Both the position numbers and the translations under genes were made by a program. A stretch of 64,000 bases of DNA from an uncultured Phycisphaerales bacterium (GTDB lineage: Bacteria > Planctomycetota > Phycisphaerae > Sedimentisphaerales > Anaerobacaceae). Under the pieces are notes generated by a model that worked only from the letters and a program-made list of their open reading frames with translations, was not told where the DNA came from and made no database searches. Position 1 is the first letter of the stretch. Each line of letters starts with the position of its first letter. Positions 21,887 through 33,230 of the stretch are shown piece by piece. The stretch is taken from NCBI GenBank assembly GCA_963772725.1, contig CAVYYI010000002.1, positions 1 to 64,000 on the forward strand, written 5' to 3'.

Positions 21887-23914
21887 TCACTTTTGTTGTA
21901 ATGATTTCGCTGTTGCTGCAGACTTTTCTCTCAACGCTGAAGAGAGAGGGCGGGTATTCATAGTAAAGGAATTCGAGGAATTAAGATTGTAGGCATCCTT
22001 TTCGAAAATTTCAGTTGCGACCTGAAGTATGGAAAGCGGCATCTGGCGAAGCTTGGCGGTGGGGATATCGGAATACAGCGGGCCAAGTGTATCGGGGAGG
22101 CTGAATGTGAAGAATGCATTATGATCGCCGGGGCTGATGACGACACCCTGGCGAAGACCGTTGATGAAGATAAGCTGTTGGCCGTTGAGTATCCAGGCAA
22201 AGCCAGAGTCGGGCTCGCGGCCAAGGACGCTTGAGCCGAAGAAGCAGTGTTCGTATGAGCCGCCGAGCAGGTGCATGATCGTGGGGGCGACATCGAGCTG
22301 GCTGCAGATACCCGAAATGCGGGCGGGCTGGACGATTCCCGGTGCATATATGAGAAACGGCACACGATACGATGCGGCCGTGTCAGGACATTCCTTGAAG
22401 CCGCCCATGTGGTCGGCAACGAAATACAAAGATAGTGTTTTTGAAATAGGGAGCGGTGCTCGCTTGTGCAATGAAGCGGCCAATCGCCCAGTCGGTGTAC
22501 CTGATGGCATCGATCTGGTCGTGGAAAGGGGTGGAGGCCGGTTCAGGGGTGATTTTACCCGGCAGGGATTTCATAGCTCCTGGTGGAAGGAGAGCGTCAG
22601 GAGTGTGGCGAAAAAGGGCTTATCCTTGCATTTCTGAAATTCGAGATGGGCCTGGTTGTAGAGGTCCTCGTCGCAATAGCCGAGCTCAGGTTTTGAAGGT
22701 GCGAGCGACAAAATCATTTTTGAAAACCATGTGGGTGTAGCCGTTGCTGCCAAGGAAGGCCTGGCGATGGTCGTACCAGGGCTGGCCGCCATAGATGAAC
22801 ATTGTTTCGTATCCGCGGGATTTGAGGACAGAGCCAAGAGTGAGAAATGTGCCTTCGGCCTGCGGGCGGGTGGTAACGCTTTTTCCGGGCAGGTCGGGGT
22901 AGCCGGAGACGATGGCGCCGAAGCCGCGGGTAGTGCGGTTGCCGACGGCGAAGCATTCGTCCATGAAGATGCCCTGCGGAGATGAGCTTATCGAGGTTTG
23001 GCGTGTAGCCGGGGCTGCCGCCCATAGAACCGATATAATGCCAACTGAGGCTTTCGAGGACAACGAGAACGACATTATAATCATGGCGGGCAAGGCCGGT
23101 GTCGGTTATTCGACGGAGAGGATTGGAGGCTGTTTCGCAGAAAGTGTCGCCGGGTCGCGATATGAGAGCAACGGTGTTCTTTAAGGCCTGTTCGGGCGGC
23201 AGGAGAGTATAGTGCTTATCGAGGTTTTCTGCGCGGAATTTGAGGCTGAAAGCGGCTTCGCGAAGAGTGAAGAGGCCGTTGAGGGTCAGCTGCGCGATGG
23301 ATGAAGAGGAGCAGAAGTATGCGGGGCCGGTGTTGATGGCCTTTGGGCCGAGGGTGCCGCGGATACCAACGATGGTAAGAGATATCATTATGGCGGGCAC
23401 GAGGACAAGTTCGACGATTGACAGAGCGGGTATCGCGGCGTGGCTGATCCGGCCGGCGAGGAAGCGGGTCAGCGCCTTATACAAAAGCAGACTCGAAAGG
23501 CAAAAGACCAAGGCGATGGTGAGGATGGGGTAATCGTTCCAGATGATCTTGTAGACATAGTCGGAATCGAGATAGACAAGAGCCTTGTGGTTGAGACGTT
23601 CGCCGAACTGTTTGAAGAAATAAAAATCAGCAATACAGGAGAAGATAACCAGGCTCAGAATGAAAGCGATCAGTGCGGAAATGAATTTTTGAAAACGCGG
23701 TCTGTCGAATAGCGGGCCTGCCATGATGAGGGCTATGAGAGGGCAGGCGAGGGTGGCGGCGATGACAATATCGAAACGCAGGCCGATGAGCATGGCGATG
23801 AGAGTCTGGGATAGTTACGGAGCCTGTGAAGAATTCGGGCAACAAGAGACGAATTACAAGGCGTTCGAGCGAGAAGATTAACAGCATCGCAGAAAAAAAC
23901 AGTAAGGGCATCAT
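21887..23914 (-). CDS. LTA synthase family / phosphoglycerol transferase (sulfatase fold), multiply frameshifted
   Basis: GLRFD TM region, GIRG, NVVLVVLES, TPNL, TLSFH, YTDWAIG, ADH, SQLDVAPT spread over several ORFs. Confidence 0.85.
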
Positions 23915-24078
23915 GATGCCCAGGTGATTACGCCAAATTTCGTATATTTTTTAGCATACTTCCTTCCGAAGCTACGCAATAAGAGCCATTATAATATTTT
24001 GCTCATTTAACATTTAAACTTTAAACGGTTACTGCCTTTTCAGGCGAAAAACCCAAAACCAATTTTTTGGGTCTGAAA

Positions 24079-24154
<76 letters not shown>

Positions 24155-24303
24155 GTAACAAAAATCTCTTACCACAGAGTTCGCAGAGAACGCAGATTTT
24201 AATCTAAAACCTGTGGTGAGCCTGTCGAACCCATCCAAAATTCAACCAGCGTCATCCGTGTAATCTGTGATTAAATATACCACGCTCTTTTTGAAATTGC
24301 AAG

Positions 24304-26691
24304 CTACAATAAACTGACCGGGTCCATATCGACAATAATTTTTACCGCTGGCCGAACCGAACTGGCCGTACGCAGACACTTAAACAACCGCAAAATCGTC
24401 CCCGCCTCAGCGGCCTGTATAATTATCTGCATCCGGTGAAACCTCTGTATCCTGCTTATCGCACAGGGCATAGGCCCCCTGACTGCTATCTGAAGTTTCT
24501 CCTGCTGAACAAAAAAATCTATCCTCTCCCACATCGCTTTGCAAGCAGATTCGAGTTTCTCGAAATTCATATCCCGCAGCCCCACAATCGCCATTCGCCA
24601 GAACGGCGGAAGATTGCACGCTTTGCGATGTTTAAGTTCCTCCGCGATAAAACCGTCAAAATCGTTTTTCAGCGCAAAGTGTATCGCGGGCTGCTCCGGC
24701 AGAAACGTCTGCACAAACACCGTCCCCTTTTTGGCAGACCTGCCCGTTCGCCCAGCTACCTGCGAAATCAACTGAAATGTCCGCTCATTGGCGCGAAAAT
24801 CCGGCAGATATAGCGACGTATCCGCGCTGATAATCCCAACCACCGTTACATTCGGAAAATGCAAACCTTTAGCCAGCATCTGCGTACCAGCCAGTATGTC
24901 AATCTTCCCGTCACTGAAATCCCTCAAAAGCCCGTAATAATCTTTGCCGCTCATCGAATCGCTGTCGATTCTCGACACTTTAGCCTGCGGAAATTTTCTG
25001 GCCAACTCTTCCTCAAGCCTTTGCGAACCAAGCCCGATCATCACCATCCCCTTGCCACACAGCGGACATTTTTCCGGCACCAAAGTCTGCGAAAGACAAT
25101 AATGACATACCGCATAGCCATAATTGATATGCTTGCCAGTTACGGTATTAATCTCCATCCGCGGCTTTTCCGATTTGTGAAATGTAAGTGTTACATCGCA
25201 ATTCGAGCAATGCAGGGTATGTTTGCACGACGGACAAAACACAAAATTACTGTACCCTCGCCGGTTCAGAAACAAAATCGCCTGCTCTTTTTTCGCCAGA
25301 ATTTCACTGAGCCGCTGCGCCAAAGGCTCCGAAATCAGGTTTACCCCCTTCTGCCACGGTTCATTGCGCATATCCACAAGTCTCATCTCCGGCATCGGCA
25401 GGTTCATCACGCGTCTCGGCAAGCGCATCAAAGTAAAATGCTTCTTGCCCTCGCAATTAGCCAGAGTCTCCAGCGACGGTGTCGCGCTTCCCAGAATACA
25501 ATGTGCCCCCGACAATTGCGCACGCTTTATCGCGACATCCCGCCCGTGATAACGCGGCACTGTATCCTGCTTATAACTCCCCTCATGCTCCTCATCCACA
25601 ACCATCAGCCCCGGATTCGCCAGCGGCGCAAAAACCGCTGACCTCGCCCCTATAACCACATCCGCCTCGCCATTTTTTATTTTATGCCATTGCACATTTC
25701 GCTGTGCCGCCGTCAGTCCTGAGTGCATAACAGCCAATCTGCTGAAACGCGAACTGAAACGTTGAACCGTCTGCGCCGTAAGAGCGATTTCAGGCAGCAT
25801 CACAATCGCGCTTTTATCCTTTTCGATGCACGTCTTAATGGCCCTTATATAAATCTCCGTTTTCCCGCTGTCCGTAACACCATGTAAAACCGTAACGCCG
25901 AACCCACCCCTGTTTACCTGCGAATCTATATGTTCCAGAACCTTCCGCTGGTCATCGTTCAAAACAATATGCTCTGTTTTAAGTTCCATACCGGGAGGCA
26001 TCACCGGCAGTGCTTTCATTACAGTTCTTTGAACCGCCTTAATAATCTGCTTTTCCGCCAGTTTCTTAATCGGCCCCGCCGTCCCACCAACCACCTCTTT
26101 CACCTGCGCCAGCCCCACCGCGCTATCAGCGTTAAACGCTTCCATCTTCTCCAGATACTCTACAATCAGCCTCTGCTTTTTCCCTTTAAATCCTCCGGAA
26201 CTTTTCTCAATATCAGCAACACTGCTTGAAAGGTAAATACATTTTTCCGCCTTAATCCCTATGCCCTTTTTCACCGCCGACGGAACCATAGCAGCCAGCA
26301 CCTGCCCAAGCGGACAAAAATAATACCCACCTATCCACCTCGCCAGTTCCAGCATCGCACCATCCAGCAGGGGCTCATCATCAATTATATTTGTGATTAT
26401 TTTGAGTCTGAATTTTTTCCCCGTTTTGTCCCGCACCGGATCAACAGCGACACAAAAGCCTTTTTCTGATTTATTGTTTCTGCCGAAAGGCGCCTCAACC
26501 CTCTGCCCCGCTTTTACCGGCCATAAATTATCCGGCACAAGATAATCGAACTCCGCGTCCGCCCCCGACTCAAACGCCACGCGAATTATATGACCACCGG
26601 TTATATTCCCATCTTTCCCCCCTGCTCTTTCACTCCCCCCAAACCGGAAATCAATCTCCCCAAACAAATTATCTCTCTCGTACCCTTTCAT
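24304..26691 (-). CDS. priA: Primosomal protein N' (replication restart helicase)
   Basis: GVTDSGKT, PEIALT, DEEH, GSATPS, LNRRGY, two Cys clusters, QVAGRTGR. Confidence 0.97.
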   Translation of the reverse strand: MKGYERDNLFGEIDFRFGGSERAGGKDGNITGGHIIRVAFESGADAEFDYLVPDNLWPVKAGQRVEAPFGRNNKSEKGFCVAVDPVRDKTGKKFRLKIITNIIDDEPLLDGAMLELARWIGGYYFCPLGQVLAAMVPSAVKKGIGIKAEKCIYLSSSVADIEKSSGGFKGKKQRLIVEYLEKMEAFNADSAVGLAQVKEVVGGTAGPIKKLAEKQIIKAVQRTVMKALPVMPPGMELKTEHIVLNDDQRKVLEHIDSQVNRGGFGVTVLHGVTDSGKTEIYIRAIKTCIEKDKSAIVMLPEIALTAQTVQRFSSRFSRLAVMHSGLTAAQRNVQWHKIKNGEADVVIGARSAVFAPLANPGLMVVDEEHEGSYKQDTVPRYHGRDVAIKRAQLSGAHCILGSATPSLETLANCEGKKHFTLMRLPRRVMNLPMPEMRLVDMRNEPWQKGVNLISEPLAQRLSEILAKKEQAILFLNRRGYSNFVFCPSCKHTLHCSNCDVTLTFHKSEKPRMEINTVTGKHINYGYAVCHYCLSQTLVPEKCPLCGKGMVMIGLGSQRLEEELARKFPQAKVSRIDSDSMSGKDYYGLLRDFSDGKIDILAGTQMLAKGLHFPNVTVVGIISADTSLYLPDFRANERTFQLISQVAGRTGRSAKKGTVFVQTFLPEQPAIHFALKNDFDGFIAEELKHRKACNLPPFWRMAIVGLRDMNFEKLESACKAMWERIDFFVQQEKLQIAVRGPMPCAISRIQRFHRMQIIIQAAEAGTILRLFKCLRTASSVRPAVKIIVDMDPVSLL

Positions 26692-26733
26692 TAATTTTAA
26701 GTTTTTAACTTTAAGTTTTGAATTATTCTTCTA

Positions 26734-27054
26734 CTATCCCTTCCTCTTTGCCGTGCTGAACAATACTGCCGCCAATAAAATTAAAACCGCTGACGCCCCG
26801 ATAATACCTATTGCTATCCAGTTCTCCCGTGACATCTCCAATGACACCATGGATATCCGCAGGCTGTTGGCATCCGCCGGCAAACCCTTGTTGCCCTGAA
26901 TATCAACCTTGACCGGCAGTTGTTCAGCTGCCTTTATTTCAGCCTTGAGCGGTGCTCCGTCCAGATTCTGTATCCCAATCTTGAAATCAGGCTTTGAACT
27001 GTCACAGCCCGCAAAAAAACAAACCACCGCCAAAACAAAGATACTTCTCTTCAT
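26734..27054 (-). CDS. Small lipoprotein with C-terminal TM anchor
   Basis: Lipobox FAGC; C-terminal hydrophobic helix followed by KRKG. Confidence 0.65.
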   Translation of the reverse strand: MKRSIFVLAVVCFFAGCDSSKPDFKIGIQNLDGAPLKAEIKAAEQLPVKVDIQGNKGLPADANSLRISMVSLEMSRENWIAIGIIGASAVLILLAAVLFSTAKRKG

Positions 27055-27079
27055 TCTTTACCCTTTCAGGATAAATTTC

Positions 27080-27101
27080 GTAGGGTTGGGTTTACCCCGC
27101 C
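27080..27101 (+). repeat. GTAG-type REP element
   Basis: GTAGGGTTGGGTTTACCCCGCC. Confidence 0.55.
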
Positions 27102-27215
27102 GCTACTCTTTGATTTTTTATTTTCGCAGTTTATTCAACTGCTGTCAAGATTGGAAATGCGGAACTTGGATTTGAAAATAGAACGCGATATTAAACGTTA
27201 CAGGTATCTCTAAAA

Positions 27216-27296
27216 ATGTCATTGCGAGAAGCAATGCGACGAAGCAATCTTCATTACTTCAAAAACGAGATTGTTTCGCTGCGTTCGCAATGACAT
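27216..27296. repeat. Palindromic repeat element (gtcattgcga...tcgcaatgac type)
   Basis: Perfect 12-bp terminal IR atgtcattgcga/tcgcaatgacat; inner arms cgaagcaatct/agattgtttcg. Confidence 0.8.
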
Positions 27297-27317
27297 AGTG
27301 TATTTTCAGGGATTATC

Positions 27318-28715
27318 TTACATCGCCGGTTCGTTATACGATGATGTGTCGAATTCAACAACATTATTCGGCGAAAAGCCGCTGGGGTTCGAATTCGCTC
27401 CGCTCCGGTTGAAGTGAAGCGCACTTTGCCCGCTCATAAGCATCGATTTTTGGGAATAGTTTATGAGCGAACCGTTGACGACCCCACCGGCCTGTCCGCT
27501 GAATGTTATCCCGTTTGCCGCAATCGCTCCGTTCATATTTAAATCCTGTCCGCTGAAATCCAGACTAAAACCCGGAGCGACAATGAATGTTCCTGTTTCC
27601 TGTTTAATACCCTCAAAATCAGGTCCGGTCAGAACCGAAACGCCGTTACATACCACCTGGCCTGCAAACATAAGGCTATTGCTCAAAGATTCGTTTTCAA
27701 GGTCGCCATCGCCTACGATGATTCCATTAACCGTGGCTTTGCCCGTGAACGAAACACGGTTCGGTGTTTCGATAAACAGAACGCCGTTTATTGTAACGTT
27801 GCCTGCAAACGTCGGATTTGTGTTAGCACTTATTGTAACATTATTCAAAACCGAATGTTCGCTCCAGTCGTCGCTGCTGTCTATCACCGCTCCCGTCGCA
27901 AACGGCCTGAAATAATCAGGATTGGGGGTCGGAAAATCTGAGTACGCAACACCGACATGAATATACTGGTGGGCATCGCTGCCTGTGGCTCCGCCAACGG
28001 ATGACTTATCTCCAACCGAATAAGTCCCGTAAGGATTAGCGATGCTTACTTCACCTGCGACGCCCGCCTGACCGCTTATAGTAAACGCGTTACCTGTACA
28101 AGAATCAGCTTCAATATAAACGCTGGCTTCAATGGCAAGGTTGACACCGTCGATTTCCGCCTGTCCGGTCATATCCAGAGGTCCTTTGGTCGCAACGCCA
28201 TAATCAAATACGGTGCTGCCCATCGGGGCAAAATTAAAATTAGCCCTGACCTTTTTGCTGAACTGAGGACCGCTTCCAGTAATATCGACCTGTAATTTAT
28301 TGTCCGCGGTGTTCGTGATAACTGCGCTGAAAGTCTGACCGTACTGTGAATTTAATGTAACACTTGGAATGGACAAAGTTCCCGTCGAGGCACTATAAAC
28401 AGGCGAAATATTCGATATGCCCGCGGTATTTAGCTTTTGCTGCAAGGCCGTCGCGACTGCCCCAAGCCTGTTTGCCGGCGCCACAGTGCCAGCTATTTTC
28501 AATCCTGAAAGGTAATACCGCAGAATTTCAAGACCCGATTGCGCACTGCTCAGCGCCAGGTTTGCATTGTGCGTATTGTCCGCTATCTGCACATTCGTCC
28601 CCGACATGGCCGCCATACCTACTGCCAGTGCGGAAAAAATTGCCAGAAACACCATCGAAATGATTAAGGCGGCTCCACAACGGCCGCCGAAAACTGTTTT
28701 TTTTATACGAATCAT
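27318..28715 (-). CDS. PilX-like minor pilin with beta-rich C-terminal domain (second paralogue)
   Basis: G|AALIISMVFLAIFSALAV, ALSSAQSGLE, C-terminal SYNE. Confidence 0.8.
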   Translation of the reverse strand: MIRIKKTVFGGRCGAALIISMVFLAIFSALAVGMAAMSGTNVQIADNTHNANLALSSAQSGLEILRYYLSGLKIAGTVAPANRLGAVATALQQKLNTAGISNISPVYSASTGTLSIPSVTLNSQYGQTFSAVITNTADNKLQVDITGSGPQFSKKVRANFNFAPMGSTVFDYGVATKGPLDMTGQAEIDGVNLAIEASVYIEADSCTGNAFTISGQAGVAGEVSIANPYGTYSVGDKSSVGGATGSDAHQYIHVGVAYSDFPTPNPDYFRPFATGAVIDSSDDWSEHSVLNNVTISANTNPTFAGNVTINGVLFIETPNRVSFTGKATVNGIIVGDGDLENESLSNSLMFAGQVVCNGVSVLTGPDFEGIKQETGTFIVAPGFSLDFSGQDLNMNGAIAANGITFSGQAGGVVNGSLINYSQKSMLMSGQSALHFNRSGANSNPSGFSPNNVVEFDTSSYNEPAM

Positions 28716-28887
28716 TTTTTGCCTGCTGAAAACAACCCCATTTTGCAGACTTTCAACTACCTTCTATTTCCACAGCAAAGTATAGAAAATATTTCCGTAC
28801 AAGCCAAAAAATTTAAAAAAATATTTTTTCGGATAAGAAAAATACGTGACAAAAAACACAAATATTAATATCCTAACAGCTTACATA

Positions 28888-29943
28888 TCAAGGACTTACG
28901 CTGTCAATCCACCCCCCACCAGCAACCCTGAAACCGATATTATCTTGAATATAAAAAACCGCTAACTGCCCCGGTGTTATAGCTGATACAGCCTCATCGA
29001 ATTTAATTTCGATTTCATCGCCTCGCGGCAAAACCCTCGCCGAACTGCCCCTCGAATTATAACGCACCTTAACTTTTGTCGTAAATTCCGCCGCCGGTTT
29101 ATCGATAAGCCAGTTCACATCTTTGGCAATCAGCGTATTGTGCATAACCTCCTCTTTCGGCCCAAGCACAACCGTATTGCTCGCCGCGTCAAGTTTTGTT
29201 ACGTACCAGGGCCTGCCCATCGCGACTTTAAGCCCGCGTCTCTGGCCGATGGTAAACCTGTGTACCCCGCTGTGATGACCCAGAATTTTACCGCTCGAAT
29301 CGACAATATTTCCCTCTCGCACAAGTTCCGGGCACATCTTCTCCAATACCGCGACATAATCATCATTCGGTATAAAACATATCTCCTGCGACTCCTCTTT
29401 TTGCTCCAGGCCCAGGCCGAATTTCTCCGACAATTTCCGCGTCTGGCTTTTGGAATAGTCACCCATCGGCAAAATCAAATGGCTAAGCACATTTCTTTCT
29501 ATCATAGCCAGCACGTAGGACTGGTCTTTGGTAAGATTGGCTGTTTCATACAGCCCGGCCTCGTCAGCGTTTCTGAGGATTTTCGCGTAATGACCAGTAG
29601 CGAAAAACTCCGCACCGTTAGCCCTCGCGAAATCCCACACCTTGCCGAACTTGATATGCCTGTTGCAGAAAACGCACGGATTAGGCGTCCGGCCCTTTTT
29701 ATATTCGCCGCAGAAATATTCGAGTATCCCCTCGAACTCTCTGCGAAGCTCAAGCGTATGAAGTTTTATACCCAATTTATCGGCAATTCTCTGTGCGTCC
29801 GTCTGCACCGCGCCCGAAGCGTCCGAGGTAATCATAAAAACCCCTGCGCAGTTGTAACCAAGCTCCAGCAGCAGCGCCGCCGCCGTTGAACTATCCACAC
29901 CGCCGCTCATCGCGACAAAAACTTTAGCGCCTTTGTGAGCCAT
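28888..29943 (-). CDS. mnmA: tRNA 2-thiouridine(34) synthase
   Basis: AMSGGVDSS, TPNPCVFCN, ATGHYA, KDQSYVL, ESQEICF, TIGQRRGL, TPGQ. Confidence 0.97.
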   Translation of the reverse strand: MAHKGAKVFVAMSGGVDSSTAAALLLELGYNCAGVFMITSDASGAVQTDAQRIADKLGIKLHTLELRREFEGILEYFCGEYKKGRTPNPCVFCNRHIKFGKVWDFARANGAEFFATGHYAKILRNADEAGLYETANLTKDQSYVLAMIERNVLSHLILPMGDYSKSQTRKLSEKFGLGLEQKEESQEICFIPNDDYVAVLEKMCPELVREGNIVDSSGKILGHHSGVHRFTIGQRRGLKVAMGRPWYVTKLDAASNTVVLGPKEEVMHNTLIAKDVNWLIDKPAAEFTTKVKVRYNSRGSSARVLPRGDEIEIKFDEAVSAITPGQLAVFYIQDNIGFRVAGGGWIDSVSP

Positions 29944-29973
29944 TTTGCTGTCTATGAAATGTAACCTGCCAAA

Positions 29974-32410
29974 TCAATCCTGCGGATAAATAATCACGCG
30001 GTCGTGAATAATAACAATCAAGTCATTTTTACCGTCACCGGTAACATCGGCAACTTTCAGTTCTCTCGGTTCGACACCGCCTCTGTCCCTGCCTTCTTCA
30101 CGATAGCCTTTTTCCTCGAAAACCTTGAACCGCGTCGCCGAAATGGGCTTGCCGTCCGAACCGGTTGCGAGTATTTCGATATTGTTGTGTTTGTATTCGA
30201 CCATGATTATATCCGGCTTACCGTCGCCGTTAATATCGCCTGCCACGACATTGCCGTACACCCCGTCCTTGATTTTCGTCTCATAGCTGAACACCTTTTC
30301 GAGGGTCGCCGGTTTGAAACCTGCTGCCGGCGGTGATATTAACGCGAATTTATCGCCGTCAAACAGCAAAATACTGTTTGTGTTTGAGCCTGTAAGCGGC
30401 GCAAAGAGCATTTTCAGATGTTCCGCGTCGCCCCATTTATCGACGCTAAATTCCTTTTCAAAGCGATACGTCTTATCCTCGCCCGCCTTTAGTATCTGCA
30501 GACGTCCTTTCGTCCCGTCCAGAAGCAGTACCGCGGGCCTGCCCTTTTCTTTGCCGTCAAGACGAAACGCCGAAACAGCAGAAATATTGTTTTCCGTACT
30601 TTTGGCGTTATACTGGTCGATAATACTCCAGCCTTTGTCCGCCGAAAAAATCAGGCTCCTGGCGAAATTCTTTTGCGCAACCAGCAGCTCCCTGCCGGAT
30701 TTTTCGTCAACATCCGCAGCTGCGATAGACCGCAGCGTCGCATCCTTAATCAAACTTGCCTGCACGTTTGGTGAATCGACAACCTCGAATATCCTCTTTT
30801 TCGTCTGCCGTACCAGTATTGGGGACTCATACTTCACAAAAATCAGAATATCCTGCAAACCGTCATTATCCACATCCAGAACCTTTATTCCGTCCGGATT
30901 TGCAGCCAGTTTCTTGAGTTCCAGCACAGACTCATTTTCATCAGCCTCTTTACCCAACGCCTTTTTCTTATGGGGCTTCTGTTTAATCGCGTCGGCAAGA
31001 CTATAAATCACTCTTAAATTGCGAACATCGTTTGCCTCTTTTGATACGTACGCGCAGTCCGTATGTCCATCGCTGTCAACATCGGCAAGTTCCATCGAGA
31101 CCGGTTCGCCGGTAACTTTCACTGGCTGAGGAAAAGTCAGCCTGCCATCCTTATATTCGCTCAGGCCTATCGCTTTTTCCTTAACACTTAGAACGCCCAG
31201 CTTCGCCTTGCCTTTACCGTCAATATCCGCGACGCTCAAACTGTCGATATCCGAAAACGCAGGGAATTTGGCTGGCTCAGCCAAACCCGTATCCATGTTT
31301 TGTTTATAAAAAACCAGTTCCGCCGCGCCGCGGTCGCTGACCACGATATCGCTTCTGCCGTCACCGTCAAAATCACCGATTACCAAGTCCCGTTTTGTGC
31401 TTTCCTGTCCCGCAGGCAGCGGATAAAACACCATGGGCCAATCGGCGTCGGCGTCCTTTTCAATGCCGTATTTCCAGCAGACCAGCCTGCCGCTCATCGC
31501 GTCTATTGCCAATATCTCATCGCCCGGAGTACCGTAAAGATTGCAAAGCTCAAGGGCATAAGGCCTGTCGATAAAAAACTGCTCTTCAGGCCCAAGCTTG
31601 CCGGTTTGAAGGCCAAACCGAATGCGCAGCGGCTTTTCCTCCGCACCTGTTACCAGTACCAAATCATTTATTCCGTCGCCGTTGAGGTCAGCGACATCCG
31701 CTCCGATTAACTCCGTAGTGGCTGGATACTTCACCGGCTCGGCAAGTGTGCCGTCCTCTTTTTGCAAAACTGCGTAAAAGCAGTTTCGCCCAACCACAAT
31801 CAGGTCTTTGCGTTTGTCATTATTGATATCCGCGTACAAAAGAGCGTTTCTGTTCGGCAGGCCGTCGTCAATATTGATTTTTTTGGCGGTTTTCCAGCTT
31901 AGCGTTGTTTTTTTGCTGTTCTCAGCCTTTTCCTCGGATGGGTTTCGCAGCATAACGTAAAGGCCTTTGGGTTCGCCGTAAAACGCGATATCGACCATTC
32001 CGTCGCCGTTCGAAATCCCCGCAGGCCATACTGTAAATTTTTTGCGAAAGCGGTACAGATTGCCTTTCATATCTGCTGGGGGCGTTTATCGCGTTGATAT
32101 CGATGTCGTTCGGGTCAACGGTCGGCGGCACCTCGGTTGGGCTAACGTTTTTTTTCTGCAGCAGGATTTCAATTCGGGCTTTGGCGTCGTTGACAACGGC
32201 GATATCGGTCAGCCCATCACCGTCAAAGTCGGCGGTTTTCAGGTTGCTTATGCCCCAGTTCAGCTTGACGATATCCATCTCGCCGAACCCGTAATTGGCT
32301 GAAATATCATTCGCCTCGCCCCTGCCAATTGAGCCGCAAGTCATTGTGAATACTATAATTACAATCGCCTTTATTTTTCGCACGGCTGTTTCTCCACCAA
32401 ATTGAACCAT
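29974..32410 (-). CDS. Secreted FG-GAP/VCBS repeat protein (frameshift near 32010; start uncertain)
   Basis: Many DxxGDGxxD motifs across ORFs 31922-32410 and 29974-32070. Confidence 0.85.
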
Positions 32411-32555
32411 ATTATTTTCCCATCGCTGAACCTGTTTTGTTGATAATTACAAACTCTTAATATACACAATTATCCCCTGTTCGGCAAATAATAATTCGCC
32501 GCTCGATGGGAAACGAACACCGAGCGACGAAAACTTTGGAAAATCGTCATTTTTT

Positions 32556-32579
32556 TTTAACACTATATATAGTGTTAAA
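32556..32579. promoter_or_regulatory. Perfect 24-bp palindrome with NrdR-box-like core
   Basis: tttaacactata|tatagtgttaaa; related site acacaagatatagtgg at 32806-32821. Confidence 0.5.
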
Positions 32580-32732
32580 TGGCAAAAAAAAATTTCTTAA
32601 TATATATTCCTCATTTTTAAGTATGAGGAGGCTGTTTTTATGGCGGACGTTGGATGAAAAATGTGTTTGCCGCATTGATAAAACTACCTATCTTCTTTCC
32701 TATAAAGGCTTTATATAAATATAAAACTTTTC

Positions 32733-32761
32733 TAAAGTTTTATAGATTGCTGTGTCGATAC
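32733..32761 (+). promoter_or_regulatory. sigma28-type promoter candidate of flgM-like gene
   Basis: TAAA(GTTT)-N17-GTCGATAC. Confidence 0.6.
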
Positions 32762-32883
32762 CAATACTGTTAAATGAGTTTGTGCCTCAAAGGGAATTGG
32801 GGGACACACAAGATATAGTGGTTATAGGCCTTGGAAAAACACCGGATGTTTATCCGAGGCTTCTGCAAGGTATTTAGGATATT

Positions 32884-33147
32884 ATGAGACCTGATTGCAA
32901 TAATTATCGCGAAGAAAATGAGTTCAATGAAACATTGGCTGGCAACGAGGATTTACTTATGGAACAAATCCTTGAAAACATAACAAATACGCCCATCGGC
33001 CAGGTACTGCAGAAAATCGCCTCCCTTCCCGAGGTTCGCAAAGAGAAAGTCCTTGATGTACGCCGACAATTGACAGAACACTGCTACGATATAAACAACA
33101 GGCTTGACGCCGCCTTAGACAAAGTTATTGAGGACCTTACCGTATAA
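32884..33147 (+). CDS. FlgM-like anti-sigma28 factor
   Basis: 87 aa; C-terminal LPEVRKEKVLDVRRQLTEHCYDI resembles the FlgM vR.ekV..ik..i..G.Y motif. Confidence 0.65.
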   Translation: MRPDCNNYREENEFNETLAGNEDLLMEQILENITNTPIGQVLQKIASLPEVRKEKVLDVRRQLTEHCYDINNRLDAALDKVIEDLTV

Positions 33148-33230
33148 GGTTTAAGTTTGCCGGACTAAGCCATCCTATCACATCCCTAAAGGTGTCAACC
33201 AAATATTTATATTTCCGCTTTTTGTGGTTT

